Below are positions 25,381-39,499 of a DNA stretch of 64,000 nucleotides, piece by piece; the stretch's first letter is position 1, and every line of letters begins with the position of its first letter. The DNA lies in NCBI GenBank assembly GCA_965202585.1, contig OZ241834.1, forward strand, positions 25,606,001 to 25,670,000, in the 5' to 3' direction. The translations under genes and the position numbers were made by a program. The notes beneath the pieces were generated by a model that saw only the letters and a list, made by a program, of their open reading frames with translations, ran no database searches and was not told where the DNA came from. Origin of the DNA: Thalia democratica (taxonomy: Eukaryota).

Positions 25381-25918
25381 TTATTTTTTGCAGCTTTTGT
25401 TCTTGGATGCTTTTTTGGCTGCCGGCTTCTTCTTGGTTACTTTCTTCTTCTTGCCTGCAGCTTTTTTAGATGCTGCCTTCTTAGGAGCGCACTTTTTAGC
25501 AGGTCGCTTTTTGGCTGCTGGTTTTTTTGCAGCCTTCTTGGGAGCACACTTCTTTTTTGGTTTTTTAGCTGGGGCCTTATTTGCTGCTGGCTTTTTAGCT
25601 ACTTTCTTTGTCCTCTTCTTGGGCCCAGCAGCTGGCATTGGAGCAAGCTTGAACGAGCCAGAAGCGCCTTTTCCAGTAGTCTGGAGAAAAGCACCTTTGG
25701 TCACGCCGCTGGTAAGTGCTCTCTTCAAGTGAGAATTGGAAGCTGTGAGGTCAAGCTTGTAGGTGTCCGCGATAAACTTTTGTATCTTCTGGCGGGATGT
25801 ACCTTTTCGTTCCTTCATTGCTCCAAGGGCAGAGCTAATCATTTCCCTGTAAGAAGGGTGCTCTGCCTTCTTGGCGCTTGGTCTCTGCTGGTACTGCTGC
25901 TATTGCTGTGGTAGACAT
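25381..25918 (-). pseudogene. H1: Histone H1 probable pseudogene (edge unit)
   Basis: ATG at 25918. A 17-nt deletion relative to unit 1 (near 25886) frameshifts after about 11 codons. The remaining frame from internal Met 25842 lacks the start of the globular domain. Confidence 0.8.
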
Positions 25919-28900
25919 GATGAATGAATATTAAAGCGACCAAAACGATACTTGCAAGAGTTACTGACTGTGACGAATTGACTGTTGAGCAGTTATGCTT
26001 TGCAAGGTACCTTTTACTTCTTAATATAAGCATTAGCATGTTTGTTTAAGACATATATGCTTATAAAAACTTAGTTGTCTTATTAAGAATGTTGAAAAAG
26101 TTCCAGTAAGAAAGAAACCATATTTAACTTGTTCTAAAAGTAATTTTTTTAAAGCATTAGTTTGAAAAGTCCAGAAATAACAGCCTGTATCTTACAGCAC
26201 ACCTCTAAATACATTAAGAAAAACATAAATGAAACAAAACATGTTAACACACTCCCGACTGAGTTTTCCTTTGCCGCTCACCTAAAGTAATAAAGTTTTA
26301 ACAAAGCACAAGGTTTTTTTTTACCTTAAACAAAATTTCATTATATCGATTTCATGGAGTTTTGTTAATCGTAAGTTCTATCAAGTATGTTCAAGTTAAT
26401 TACAGTTTAAACTAATGTGTAAAAAGTAATTCCAAAAGAATAAAAGTGTTCATTTTTTTTAGCTTTACTGCTTATGATTACTCATAAGCAATGTACTCAA
26501 AACTTTTATTAAACAGACAACTAGATAGCTTTGTTGTTGCACATACTAGTAACTTACCTTACAACAATGTTTTCCAAACAACCTTTCAAAAACGTGCTGT
26601 ACAGTAACTATGATGATACTTGTTTAAAGTTGTAAACTACATTTAAACACAAACTTTATTTTTCAGTGTGTATGAAAAACTAGTTTAAAAGATAAGTAGT
26701 TTAACATTCAATTAGTGTTTCAAACAACTGATTGAAGCTGTTATACAGTTTAAAAAATAACTGATGCAATTTTGCTCGTTAAACTTAAACCTTGATCAAA
26801 CTAAGAACTTTAACTTTGCAGATTTCAACCGAATAAAGTGTGCTGATAAAAGTGAACAAATGGATTTGGTTGTAAATTTTCCAAACAAAATAAAGTTAAT
26901 TAAATTCAAAGAAGTAAATAAGTCGAAAAAGCTTATGAACACTAGCACTAAATTTGAACTTAAACAAAAGCTGATACCTTTTGGATGAAAAATTTTACGT
27001 AAAAAAAGAGGTTGGTTTATTTTTTAAGCAGCATTATATACAAAATAAAATCGAGTAAGAAAATCTAAATGAAAAAGTTTAGAAATAAGATTGACAAACT
27101 TAGTGTTTGAATAAAGCTTTGTTTACAATCAGCACTCATAACCTTTCAATCTATCTTTGAAACTTTTTAACTGGAAAATAATGCAAGTAAGTTTTTTTTT
27201 CAAACTTTGTTTTGTCACTTCTCATAAAGTTTTAAAGTCAGTCGAAACAACATAGAACAACTTACTACTTTCTTGAAACATATTTTGAAACAACAACAGT
27301 ACTGTCTTTTAAAGTTTACGATTGAAGTGCTTACCAAGTTAAACATGTGTTTTAACTGCTTTACTGCTAATAGTGATTTCTTAGTTTACTCAACCTAGAT
27401 TAATCATAATGTTCTGTACCATTGATTTCATTGACTAAATGTTTGCTTTTCAAAATTCGTAACTAGTTATCTCTAGCTTACTGTTAATGTAGTTAAAAAC
27501 ACAGCTTAGGATAAGTTACATTTTATTCTCGGATGTCGTTAAGAACATAGCTGTTGTAGCAATAACATATAAACTTGAAACAAAGTAACTGTTATCTTAT
27601 TCAATTATAGACCATATAAAACAAAGTATTTGCTTGATTCAAAGTTTTACATTGTTGTTTGCCTATTATGGAACTTGTACCATCACATAATAAGCTGTAA
27701 AAAAATGAAGGCTAAAAAAAGTTTTGGTTTCGCTTTGTCCAGTTTTTTCTTCTTCTTTAGATTTATAAAAACTACACAGCTTAAAGCAACAAGTTACAGT
27801 AATTTCAGTTTACTTATGTATAGCGTACATAAGGGTAACAAACAAGTGGTAACAAGTTTTTTGCTTCTTTTCTTTGTACCATGTTTTAGCTAATCAATTG
27901 GTTTATTTCATATGCTTGACAAGATTAGAAAGCTTAAATCAAGTAAGTAGATGTAAGCTTTGTAAAATAAAAGATTTGTTTATACAAGTTCATCATTTTA
28001 TTAAGGTATTTTGTTTTGTAAACTGTGTACTTGTTAATAGTGTTCTCTTTCTTTTGAACAATCGATGTTGTTTACATTTATGTGTTACACCAGTTTTGAA
28101 TTGTTAAGCATGTTTCAGTTGTAGTTTAATTGTAATTGAACAGCATTTTTTAAGGACACTAAACATTGTTTGTTATTAACAGTTTAAAACGTTTTCAGTT
28201 AATAAGTCAAAGTTTTATTTTTATTTCTGTTTAAGCGTACTATTTTCATTGAAAAATACAAATAGTTTTTACAGTGACGTAGGCACAGTATTTTTTTAAT
28301 AAACTAAAAAACAAATGAAATATTGAATTAAAAAATGTCCACAAAGTTAATGAGAATAAGTTTTATTTGGAAAAGAAAGTTAAAAGGAAAAAAGCCACGA
28401 AAAAGACACTCAAGTTAGTTAAAGCTTTTCACTAAGCATTCGATAATAGTAAGCAATAAAGTAAGGATTAGAGCAGTTATCTAGCTAGAGTTCCCTTCTT
28501 AACAGTTGCATAAAAAAAGTATAGTAGAGAAATTTGGCAAGCTAGGTATTTAATAAATAATGGGCTTTATAATTTGGAAGGAAATATGTTTTTGATTCTT
28601 TATCACCACAAAGTTGATTAAGTATGTTTATTTGTGTTGTTGAGTTTAGTAGTCATTAGTAGCTTGTGTAATTAATTGGTGATCCACCTAATCTTTAGAT
28701 TTAAAAAGTACATAGCTTAAAACAAACAAGTATCGTCGTTTTGAGTTGTCTCATACATAGTTTAAAAAAGAGTTACAAAAAATTGTAACAAGCTGTTCTT
28801 TTTTACCGTGGAATCATTTTGTAATTTGTCATAGCCACAGAAAAAATGAGTTCAACAAAACAAGTATGAGCTTTGTAAGCAGAAAGATTATTTCAATTGT

Positions 28901-30419
28901 ATGTTTGTTTTAAACAATCACTGTTGTCTACATTAGTTTGACTGTTCAACTTTTAAACAGTTTTTTATTGTTTCATTTGCATTCTGATAAATAAAACTAA
29001 TACTTATTTGACAATCAGACCTTAAACAAATATCATTGAGCATTTTTAGTATCAACGCAAAGTAAATTTTTCTTCTCATTTAATATAATGTCTTATTTAA
29101 GCATAAATTTTTAGTTAGTGACAGATTGATTTTTTTATTAAACTAACAACAAATATGTATTGAGTGTTTGAAAAACAAGTTTACAAAGTAAAATGAACTA
29201 GAATAAGTTTTGTTTAAACAATAAGTTAAACAAGAAAATTCCCATTAAAAAACATTTTTACCTAACATTTAAATACTAGTGAAGCAGAAAAACTTATTCT
29301 ACATTATCAAAAGTAGTTTAAAATGTCAAGTAGAACTACAAAAACTGAAGTAAGTGTAACTAACTAGTAGAAATAAAAACAGAGAAATTCAGTTTTAGAA
29401 AGTTTATTTAGAAGTTATTGAAATACACTAACTGTTACTTTTTACCAACACGCACAATGTAGATATAAATTTGTACATTTTTTGTCGCTTAGTTTAAGCT
29501 TGTTTGACACTGTTTACTCGACATTAGTAGCTGCTTAAATCAACTGGTGGTCCTGATTACTTTAGATATGTAGAAACATAACTTTCAACAAACTACTAGA
29601 GTTGTTAAAGGTCAGTAAGTTGTCTCATATCTAGTTAAAACAAGTACCTTTTACTTTGAAAACTAGAATAATAAATTACTTAAAAAAGTACAAGCAGCTA
29701 CTTTTTTGTGTTTTACCAAGTTTCAACCAATGAGCTGGTTTGTTTTGTGTGTTTATGTTTTGAATTGAAAATGTTTCTTGAATATGCTAAACAGAAGTTA
29801 GCTTTGAAAGAAGGAATATGTTGTTTTACTTGAAAACACATCTGTAATTTTTTGTTTTGAACAACCATTTTTGTATTCATTTATGTATTCGTAACTTTTT
29901 AAAACGTGTTACATGGCTTCAATTGCAGTTAAGTTGATAAGAAGAACTCGTTTAAAAAGTTAAAGCTCGGTTGTGTTACTAATAATCAACAACAACTTAA
30001 AATAAAGTTACAACTAAGTTTTTGCATGTTATAAGTGATATACATTTTTGTTTAAAAAGATGATACTTTTTTGTAAGCACTTATTTATTGAATGTTTCAA
30101 CAGAACTTCAGCAAATGAATAAAAACAAGTGTTTTGTACAAAAAGTATTCAGATGAAAAATCTTACGGACAACAAAATCAAGTTAGTTAAACATCTTTTA
30201 CAAACCATTTGATTACAAGCACTACTACTGTTTTTAGACTAATGCAATGCTTTTTCTACAATATAACGAGTTACAAGTTTATAAAGTATTTGAAACAAAA
30301 AAAAAGTGTGTTCATTCAAGTATATGAGTTTTTAATTTACACAAATAAGAATTTATTTGTACTAAGCTTATATTCTTGTACTTTAAGTAAACATGAACAG
30401 CTGGTTCTATTCAAATGGT

Positions 30420-30435
30420 GGTCCTAAAAAGGACC
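30420..30435 (-). terminator. Histone 3' stem-loop (H2B unit 1; equivalent in every unit)
   Basis: GGTCCT TTTT AGGACC followed by ACCA, about 13 nt after the stop. Confidence 0.95.
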
Positions 30436-30448
30436 GGTTGTTTAGCGT

Positions 30449-30808
30449 TTATTTTGAGCTGGTGTATTTGGTAACAGCTTTAGTTCCTTCTGAAACTGCG
30501 TGCTTTGACAACTCGCCGGGGAGCAAGAGCCTGACAGCAGTTTGAATTTCGCGGCTGCTAACAGTTGACCTCTTGTTGTAATGAGCCAAACGTGAAGCCT
30601 CTGCTGCAATGCGCTCGAAGATGTCGTTGACAAATGAGTTCATGATTCCCATTGCCTTGCTGGAAATTCCGGTGTCGGGGTGCACTTGCTTCAAAACTTT
30701 GTACACGTAGATGCCAAAGCTTTCTTTGTTTCTCCTCCTTCGCTTCTTCTTGCCGTCGACCGGAGCGGTCTTGGCTACTGACTTCTTCGCGCCTTTGGTT
30801 GCTGTCAT
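30449..30808 (-). CDS. H2B: Histone H2B (unit 1), 119 aa
   Basis: MTATKG...[25 protein letters not shown]...KYTSSK. True ATG at 30808, about 30 bp below the TATA box; the longer ORF call uses a non-ATG start. Confidence 0.97.
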   Translation of the reverse strand: MTATKGAKKSVAKTAPVDGKKKRRRRNKESFGIYVYKVLKQVHPDTGISSKAMGIMNSFVNDIFERIAAEASRLAHYNKRSTVSSREIQTAVRLLLPGELSKHAVSEGTKAVTKYTSSK

Positions 30809-30837
30809 GATGATGTGTGGACTTCTGTCTCGGCGCC

Positions 30838-30884
30838 GGTTTATATCCTGAAAAATTATGCAAATTAGCATAGTTCCGTACGCG
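30838..30884 (-). promoter_or_regulatory. H2B promoter: TATA, octamer ATTTGCAT, ACGCG
   Basis: TATAAA near 30840-30845, octamer at 30858-30865, ACGCG at 30880-30884. Confidence 0.8.
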
Positions 30885-30941
30885 AACGATAGCTGGTTTC
30901 TCTCACTTCACAATTCTCTCGTTTGTTGTAAATATTTTGGT

Positions 30942-30957
30942 GGTCCTGAAAAGGACC
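30942..30957 (-). terminator. Histone 3' stem-loop (H2A unit 1; equivalent in every unit)
   Basis: GGTCCT TTTC AGGACC ACCA. Confidence 0.95.
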
Positions 30958-30971
30958 TGGTTTTTTTTAAC

Positions 30972-31352
30972 TTAGGCTGACTTTTTTGAAGCGGTCTTCT
31001 TAGGCAATAGTACTGCCTGGATGTTTGGAAGAACACCACCTTGAGCAATTGTGACGCCTCCGAGAAGTTTGTTCAACTCTTCGTCGTTGCGAATAGCTAG
31101 TTGCAAATGGCGAGGAATGATCCTGCTTTTCTTGTTGTCACGAGCAGCGTTACCGGCAAGCTCGAGCACTTCTGCGCTCAAGTACTCGAGAACGGCAGCC
31201 AGATAAACTGGAGCACCAGCTCCGACTCTTTGGCTGTAGTTGCCGGTGCGCAACAGGCGGTGCACGCGACCGACTGGAAACTGCAGTCCTGCACGGGAAG
31301 ACCTGCTCTTCGGCTTAGATTTGAGTTTTGATCCTTTACCACGTCCTGACAT
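30972..31352 (-). CDS. H2A: Histone H2A (unit 1), 126 aa
   Basis: [27 protein letters not shown]. No C-terminal SQ motif, so canonical rather than H2A.X. Confidence 0.97.
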   Translation of the reverse strand: MSGRGKGSKLKSKPKSRSSRAGLQFPVGRVHRLLRTGNYSQRVGAGAPVYLAAVLEYLSAEVLELAGNAARDNKKSRIIPRHLQLAIRNDEELNKLLGGVTIAQGGVLPNIQAVLLPKKTASKKSA

Positions 31353-31392
31353 TTTGTTGTTCGAATGATTGTGATGATAGCTTGCACAGCTC

Positions 31393-31440
31393 AATATACA
31401 ACTCATACCTAACCGCGTCGAACAAAAAACTAATTTGCAT
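31393..31440 (-). promoter_or_regulatory. H2A promoter: TATA-like, ACGCG, octamer
   Basis: TATATT near 31393-31398, CGCGT at 31414-31418, octamer at 31433-31440. Confidence 0.7.
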
Positions 31441-31501
31441 ATGTCATAGCTAATGCTTAATCTTGTCAAAAGTGTTGTAAAACTTTTATATTGAATTAGG
31501 T

Positions 31502-31517
31502 GGTCCTAAAAAGGACC
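31502..31517 (-). terminator. Histone 3' stem-loop (H4 unit 1; mutated in unit 5)
   Basis: GGTCCT TTTT AGGACC ACC. Confidence 0.95.
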
Positions 31518-31534
31518 GGGTTTGCTAAAAGCGA

Positions 31535-31933
<399 letters not shown>

Positions 31934-31995
31934 ACTCAAAAAAGTCTCTTAACTTACGTTCGGTTAAGTTTTTCTCACTGTCAAGGTTTTAAGGT

Positions 31996-32011
31996 GGCCC
32001 TGAAAAGGACC
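31996..32011 (-). terminator. Histone 3' stem-loop (H3 unit 1; equivalent in every unit)
   Basis: GGTCCT TTTC AGGGCC ACC, with one G-U pair. Confidence 0.95.
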
Positions 32012-32026
32012 GGTTTTAGCTAACGC

Positions 32027-32529
<503 letters not shown>

Positions 32530-32585
32530 ATTTTCAACTTAGCATTGTTTTATGCATTTTGAGTTACGTTATATTTTGTTTGAGT

Positions 32586-32601
32586 GGTCCTGAAAAGGAC
32601 C
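32586..32601 (-). terminator. Histone 3' stem-loop (H1 unit 1; equivalent in every unit)
   Basis: GGTCCT TTTC AGGACC ACTC. Confidence 0.95.
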
Positions 32602-32618
32602 TTGGGTAAAAGAACAAC

Positions 32619-33173
32619 TTATTTTTTACAGCTCTTCTTCTTGGATGCTTTTTTGGCTGCCGGCTTCTTCTTGGTTACTTTCTTCTTCTTGCTTGCAGCT
32701 TTTTTAGATGCTGCCTTCTTAGGAGCGCACTTTTTAGCAGGTCGCTTTTTGGCTGCTGGTTTTTTTGCAGCCTTCTTGGGAGCACACTTCTTTTTTGGTT
32801 TTTTAGCTGGGGCCTTCTTTGCTGCTGGCTTTTTAGCTACTTTCTTTGTCCTCTTCTTGGGCCCAGCAGCTGGCATTGGAGCAAGCTTGAACGAGCCAGA
32901 AGCGCCTTTTCCAGTTGTCTGGAGAAAAGCACCTTTGGTCACGCCGCTGGTAAGTGCTCTCTTCAAGTGAGAATTGGAAGCTGTGAGGTCAAGCTTGTAG
33001 GTGTCCGCGATATACTTTTGTATCTTCTGGCGGGATGTACCTTTTCGTTCCTTCATTGCTCCAAGGGCAGAGCTAATCATTTCCCTGTAAGTAGGGTGCT
33101 CTGCCTTCTTGGCGCTTGGTCTCTTGGAAGACCTGGCTGGCGCTGGTACTGCTGCTACTGCTGTGGTAGACAT
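32619..33173 (-). CDS. H1: Histone H1 (unit 1), 184 aa
   Basis: Globular domain HPTYREMI..KERKGTS..GKGASGSFKL followed by a K/A/P-rich tail. Confidence 0.96.
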   Translation of the reverse strand: MSTTAVAAVPAPARSSKRPSAKKAEHPTYREMISSALGAMKERKGTSRQKIQKYIADTYKLDLTASNSHLKRALTSGVTKGAFLQTTGKGASGSFKLAPMPAAGPKKRTKKVAKKPAAKKAPAKKPKKKCAPKKAAKKPAAKKRPAKKCAPKKAASKKAASKKKKVTKKKPAAKKASKKKSCKK

Positions 33174-35286
33174 GATGAATGAATATTAAAGCGACCAAAA
33201 CGATACTTGCAAGAGTTACTGACTGTGACGAATTGACTGTTGAGCAGTTATGCTTTGCAAGGTACCTTTTACTTCTTAATATAAGCATTAGCATGTTTGT
33301 TTAAGACATATATGCTTATAAAAACTTAGTTGTCTTATTAAGAATGTTGAAAAAGTTCCAGTAAGAAAGAAACCATATTTAACTTGTTCTAAAAGTAATT
33401 TTTTTAAAGCATTAGTTTGAAAAGTCCAGAAATAACAGCCTGTATCTTACAGCACACCTCTAAATACATTAAGAAAAACATAAATGAAACAAAACATGTT
33501 AACACACTCCCGACTGAGTTTTCCTTTGCCGCTCACCTAAAGTAATAAAGTTTTAACAAAGCACAAGGTTTTTTTTTACCTTAAACAAAATTTCATTATA
33601 TCGATTTCATGGAGTTTTGTTAATCGTAAGTTCTATCAAGTATGTTCAAGTTAATTACAGTTTAAACTAATGTGTAAAAAGTAATTCCAAAAGAATAAAA
33701 GTGTTCATTTTTTTTAGCTTTACTGCTTATGATTACTCATAAGCAATGTACTCAAAACTTTTATTAAACAGACAACTAGATAGCTTTGTTGTTGCACATA
33801 CTAGTAACTTACCTTACAACAATGTTTTCCAAACAACCTTTCAAAAACGTGCTGTACAGTAACTATGATGATACTTGTTTAAAGTTGTAAACTACATTTA
33901 AACACAAACTTTATTTTTCAGTGTGTATGAAAAACTAGTTTAAAAGATAAGTAGTTTAACATTCAATTAGTGTTTCAAACAACTGATTGAAGCTGTTATA
34001 CAGTTTAAAAAATAACTGATGCAATTTTGCTCGTTAAACTTAAACCTTGATCAAACTAAGAACTTTAACTTTGCAGATTTCAACCGAATAAAGTGTGCTG
34101 ATAAAAGTGAACAAATGGATTTGGTTGTAAATTTTCCAAACAAAATAAAGTTAATTAAATTCAAAGAAGTAAATAAGTCGAAAAAGCTTATGAACACTAG
34201 CACTAAATTTGAACTTAAACAAAAGCTGATACCTTTTGGATGAAAAATTTTACGTAAAAAAAGAGGTTGGTTTATTTTTTAAGCAGCATTATATACAAAA
34301 TAAAATCGAGTAAGAAAATCTAAATGAAAAAGTTTAGAAATAAGATTGACAAACTTAGTGTTTGAATAAAGCTTTGTTTACAATCAGCACTCATAACCTT
34401 TCAATCTATCTTTGAAACTTTTTAACTGGAAAATAATGCAAGTAAGTTTTTTTTTCAAACTTTGTTTTGTCACTTCTCATAAAGTTTTAAAGTCAGTCGA
34501 AACAACATAGAACAACTTACTACTTTCTTGAAACATATTTTGAAACAACAACAGTACTGTCTTTTAAAGTTTACGATTGAAGTGCTTACCAAGTTAAACA
34601 TGTGTTTTAACTGCTTTACTGCTAATAGTGATTTCTTAGTTTACTCAACCTAGATTAATCATAATGTTCTGTACCATTGATTTCATTGACTAAATGTTTG
34701 CTTTTCAAAATTCGTAACTAGTTATCTCTAGCTTACTGTTAATGTAGTTAAAAACACAGCTTAGGATAAGTTACATTTTATTCTCGGATGTCGTTAAGAA
34801 CATAGCTGTTGTAGCAATAACATATAAACTTGAAACAAAGTAACTGTTATCTTATTCAATTATAGACCATATAAAACAAAGTATTTGCTTGATTCAAAGT
34901 TTTACATTGTTGTTTGCCTATTATGGAACTTGTACCATCACATAATAAGCTGTAAAAAAATGAAGGCTAAAAAAAGTTTTGGTTTCGCTTTGTCCAGTTT
35001 TTTCTTCTTCTTTAGATTTATAAAAACTACACAGCTTAAAGCAACAAGTTACAGTAATTTCAGTTTACTTATGTATAGCGTACATAAGGGTAACAAACAA
35101 GTGGTAACAAGTTTTTTGCTTCTTTTCTTTGTACCATGTTTTAGCTAATCAATTGGTTTATTTCATATGCTTGACAAGATTAGAAAGCTTAAATCAAGTA
35201 AGTAGATGTAAGCTTTGTAAAATAAAAGATTTGTTTATACAAGTTCATCATTTTATTAAGGTATTTTGTTTTGTAAATTGTGTACT

Positions 35287-35386
35287 NNNNNNNNNNNNNN
35301 NNNNNNNNNNNNNNNNNNNNNNNNNNNNNNNNNNNNNNNNNNNNNNNNNNNNNNNNNNNNNNNNNNNNNNNNNNNNNNNNNNNNNN
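35287..35386. other. Assembly gap (100 N placeholder)
   Basis: Exactly 100 N. The left flank is class-A spacer and the right flank is class-B spacer. Confidence 0.99.
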
Positions 35387-36763
35387 TAGCTAGAGTTCCC
35401 TTCTTAACAGTTGCATAAAAAAAAGTAAAGTAGAGAAATTGTAGCAAGCTAGGTATTTAATTAATAATGAGTTTATAGTTTGGAGGGAAATAGTTTTTTG
35501 ATTCTTTTTCACCACAAAGTTGATTAAGTGTGTGTATTTGTGTTGTTGAGTTTAGTAGTCATTAGTAGCTTGTGTAATTAATTGGTGATCCACCTAATCT
35601 TTAGATTCAAAAAGTACATAGCTTAAAACAAACAAGTACAGTCGTTTTAAGTTGTCTCAAACATAGTTTAAAAAAGAGTTACAAAAAATGGTAACAAGCT
35701 GTTCTTTTTTGCCTTTGAATCATTTCGTAATTTGTCATAGCCACAGAAAAAAATGAGTCCAACAAAACAAGTATGAGCTTTGTAAAGAGAAAGATTATTT
35801 CAATTGTATGTTTGTTTTAAACAACCACTGTTGTTTACATTAATTTGATTGTTCAACTTTTAAACAGATCTTTATTGTTTCATTTGCATTCTGATAAATA
35901 AGACTAATACACTTTTGACAATCAAACCTCCGTTAAATAACTACCATTGAGTATTTTTAATATCAATGCAAAGTAAAGTTTAATATAAGTCTCATTTAAT
36001 ATAATGTCTTATTTAAGCATAAATTTTTATGTAGTGACAGATCATTGTTTTTTTAATTAAACTAACAACAAATATCTATTGAGTGTTTTTAAAACAAGTC
36101 TACAAAATAAAACGAATAAGAATGAGTTTTGTTTAAACAATAAGTTAATTGTATTAATAAGTAATGTAAGTAATAATAATAAGTAATGTATTCGTAACTT
36201 TTTTAAACGTGTTACATGTCTTCAATTGCAATTAAATTGATAAGAAGAACATGTTCAAAAAGTTAAAGCTCGGTTGTGTTACTAATAATCAACAACAACA
36301 ACTTAAAATAAAGTCAAAACTAAGACTTTGCTTGTTATAAGTGATATGAATTTTTGTTTAATAAGATGATACTTTTTTGTAAGCACTTATTTATTGAACT
36401 TTTTAACAGAACTTCAACAAATGAATAAAAGAAAGTCTTTTGTATAAAACGTATTCAGATGAAAAATCTTACGGACGACATAATCAAGTTAGCTAAACCT
36501 CTTTTACAAAGCATTTGATTACAAGCACTACTACTGTTTTTATCATATTAGACTAATGCAATGCTTTTTATACAACATAACGAGTTACAAATTTATAAAG
36601 CATTTAAAACAATAAAAATAGTGTGTTTATTTAAGTATTTGAATTTTTAATTTACACAAATAAGAACTTATTTGTACTAAGCTTATATTCTTGTACTTTA
36701 AGTGAGCATGAACAGCTGGTTCTATTCTAATGGTGGTCCTAAAAAGGACCGGTTGTTGAGCGT

Positions 36764-37123
36764 TTATTTTGAGCTGGTGTATTTGGTAACAGCTTTAGTT
36801 CCTTCTGAAACTGCGTGCTTTGACAACTCGCCGGGGAGTAAGAGCCTGACAGCAGTTTGAATTTCGCGGCTGCTAACAGTTGACCTCTTGTTGTAATGAG
36901 CCAAACGTGAAGCCTCTGCTGCAATGCGCTCGAAGATGTCGTTGACAAAAGAGTTCATGATTCCCATCGCCTTGCTGGAAATTCCGGTGTCGGGGTGCAC
37001 TTGCTTCAAAACTTTGTACACATAGATGCCAAAGCTTTCTTTGTTCCTCCTCCTTCGCTTCTTCTTGCCGTCGACCGGAGCGGTCTTGGCTACTGACTTC
37101 TTCGCGCCTTTGGTTGCTGTCAT
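36764..37123 (-). CDS. H2B: Histone H2B (unit 2)
   Basis: Same protein as unit 1; ATG at 37123; stem-loop present. Confidence 0.97.
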   Translation of the reverse strand: MTATKGAKKSVAKTAPVDGKKKRRRRNKESFGIYVYKVLKQVHPDTGISSKAMGIMNSFVNDIFERIAAEASRLAHYNKRSTVSSREIQTAVRLLLPGELSKHAVSEGTKAVTKYTSSK

Positions 37124-37288
37124 GATGATGTGTGGACTTCTGTCTCGGCGCCGGTTTATATGCTGTAAAATTATGCAAATTAGCATAGTTCCGTACGCGA
37201 ACGATAGCTGGTTTCTCTCACTTCACAATTCTCTCGTTTGTTGTAAATATTTTTGGTGGTCCTGAAAAGGACCTGGTTTTTTTCTAAC

Positions 37289-37669
37289 TTAGGCTGACTT
37301 TTTTGAAGCGGTCTTCTTAGGCAATAGTACTGCCTGGATGTTTGGAAGAACACCACCTTGAGCAATTGTGACGCCTCCGAGAAGTTTGTTCAACTCTTCG
37401 TCGTTGCGAATAGCTAGTTGCAAATGGCGAGGAATGATCCTGCTTTTCTTGTTGTCACGAGCAGCGTTACCGGCAAGCTCGAGCACTTCTGCGCTCAAGT
37501 ACTCGAGAACGGCAGCCAGATAAACTGGAGCACCAGCTCCGACTCTTTGGCTGTAGTTGCCGGTGCGCAACAGGCGGTGCACGCGACCGACTGGAAACTG
37601 CAGTCCTGCACGGGAAGACCTGCTCTTCGGCTTAGATTTGAGTTTTGATCCTTTACCACGTCCTGACAT
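37289..37669 (-). CDS. H2A: Histone H2A (unit 2)
   Basis: Same protein as unit 1; ATG at 37669. Confidence 0.97.
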   Translation of the reverse strand: MSGRGKGSKLKSKPKSRSSRAGLQFPVGRVHRLLRTGNYSQRVGAGAPVYLAAVLEYLSAEVLELAGNAARDNKKSRIIPRHLQLAIRNDEELNKLLGGVTIAQGGVLPNIQAVLLPKKTASKKSA

Positions 37670-37851
37670 TTTGTTGTTCGAATGATTGTGATGATAGCTT
37701 GCACAGCTCAATATACAACTCATACCTAACCGCGTCGAACGAAAAACTAATTTGCATATGTCATAGCTAATGCTTAATCTTGTCAAAAGTGTTGTAAAAC
37801 TTTTATATTGAATTAGGTGGTCCTAAAAAGGACCGGGTTTGCTAAAAGCGA

Positions 37852-38199
<348 letters not shown>

Positions 38200-38351
38200 T
38201 TATATACAAGCTGTTACGGACGCGTACGGTTACTACTAACTAGTTTGCATACTCCAAAAAGTCTTTTAACTTACATTTTTTCGTTTGGTTAAGTTTTTCT
38301 CACTGTCAAAGTTTTAAGGTGGCCCTGAAAAGGACCGGTTTTAGCTAACGC

Positions 38352-38843
<492 letters not shown>

Positions 38844-38938
38844 CTAATTTGCATATTTTCAACTTAGCATTGTTTTATGCATTTTGAGTTATATTTTGTT
38901 TGAGTGGTCCTGAAAAGGACCTTGGGTAAAAGAACAAC

Positions 38939-39499
38939 TTATTTTTTGCAGCTCTTCTTCTTGGATGCTTTTTTGGCTGCCGGCTTCTTCTTGGTTACTT
39001 TCTTCTTCTTGCTTGCAGCTTTTTTAGATGCTGCCTTCTTAGGAGCGCACTTTTTAGCAGGTCGCTTTTTGGCTGCTGGTTTTTTTGCAGCCTTCTTGGG
39101 AGCACACTTCTTTTTTGGTTTTTTAGCTGGGGCCTTCTTTGCTGCTGGCTTTTTAGCTACTTTCTTTGTCCTCTTCTTGGGCCCAGCAGCTGGCATTGGA
39201 GCAAGCTTGAACGAGCCAGAAGCGCCTTTTCCAGTAGTCTGGAGAAAAGCACCTTTGGTCACGCCGCTGGTAAGTGCTCTCTTCAAGTGAGAATTGGAAG
39301 CTGTGAGGTCAAGCTTGTAGGTGTCCGCGATATACTTTTGTATCTTCTGGCGGGATGTACCTTTTCGTTCCTTCATTGCTCCAAGGGCAGAGCTAATCAT
39401 TTCCCTGTAAGTAGGGTGCTCTGCCTTCTTGGCGCTTGGTCTCTTGGAAGACCTGGCTGCGGCTGGCGCTGGTACTGCTGCTACTGCTGTGGTAGACAT
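38939..39499 (-). CDS. H1: Histone H1 (unit 2), 186 aa
   Basis: As unit 1, with two extra Ala in the N-terminal tail. Confidence 0.96.
   Translation of the reverse strand: MSTTAVAAVPAPAAARSSKRPSAKKAEHPTYREMISSALGAMKERKGTSRQKIQKYIADTYKLDLTASNSHLKRALTSGVTKGAFLQTTGKGASGSFKLAPMPAAGPKKRTKKVAKKPAAKKAPAKKPKKKCAPKKAAKKPAAKKRPAKKCAPKKAASKKAASKKKKVTKKKPAAKKASKKKSCKK

Noticed and set aside
26611-26732. ATGATGA ... CTGA resembling C/D-box snoRNA boxes in the spacer
   Set aside because: No terminal stem or recognisable rRNA-antisense guide; such short motifs are frequent in AT-rich DNA.
26764-26988. 74-aa spacer ORF (MQFCSLNL..) and other short spacer ORFs present in every unit
   Set aside because: No recognisable domain and AT-rich, low-information sequence. 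Conservation is explained by array homogenisation, and neighbouring spacer ORFs are broken in class B.
30352-30357. AATAAA about 65 nt downstream of the H2B stem-loop (class A only)
   Set aside because: Hexamer is common at this AT content and becomes AATAAG in class B; no evidence for a polyadenylated isoform.
25919-30419. 5S rRNA, U1/U2 snRNA or tRNA genes in the histone spacer, as known for some invertebrate clusters
   Set aside because: Looked by eye for 5S, U1 (ATACTTACCTG), U2 and tRNA A/B-box signatures and found none. An Infernal/tRNAscan run would be decisive.
30809-31469. N-terminal extensions of H2B (140 aa) and H2A (165 aa) in the ORF track
   Set aside because: They start at non-ATG or far-upstream codons that run through the TATA/octamer promoter; the H2A extension differs in unit 5. 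True starts are MTATKG and MSGRGK.
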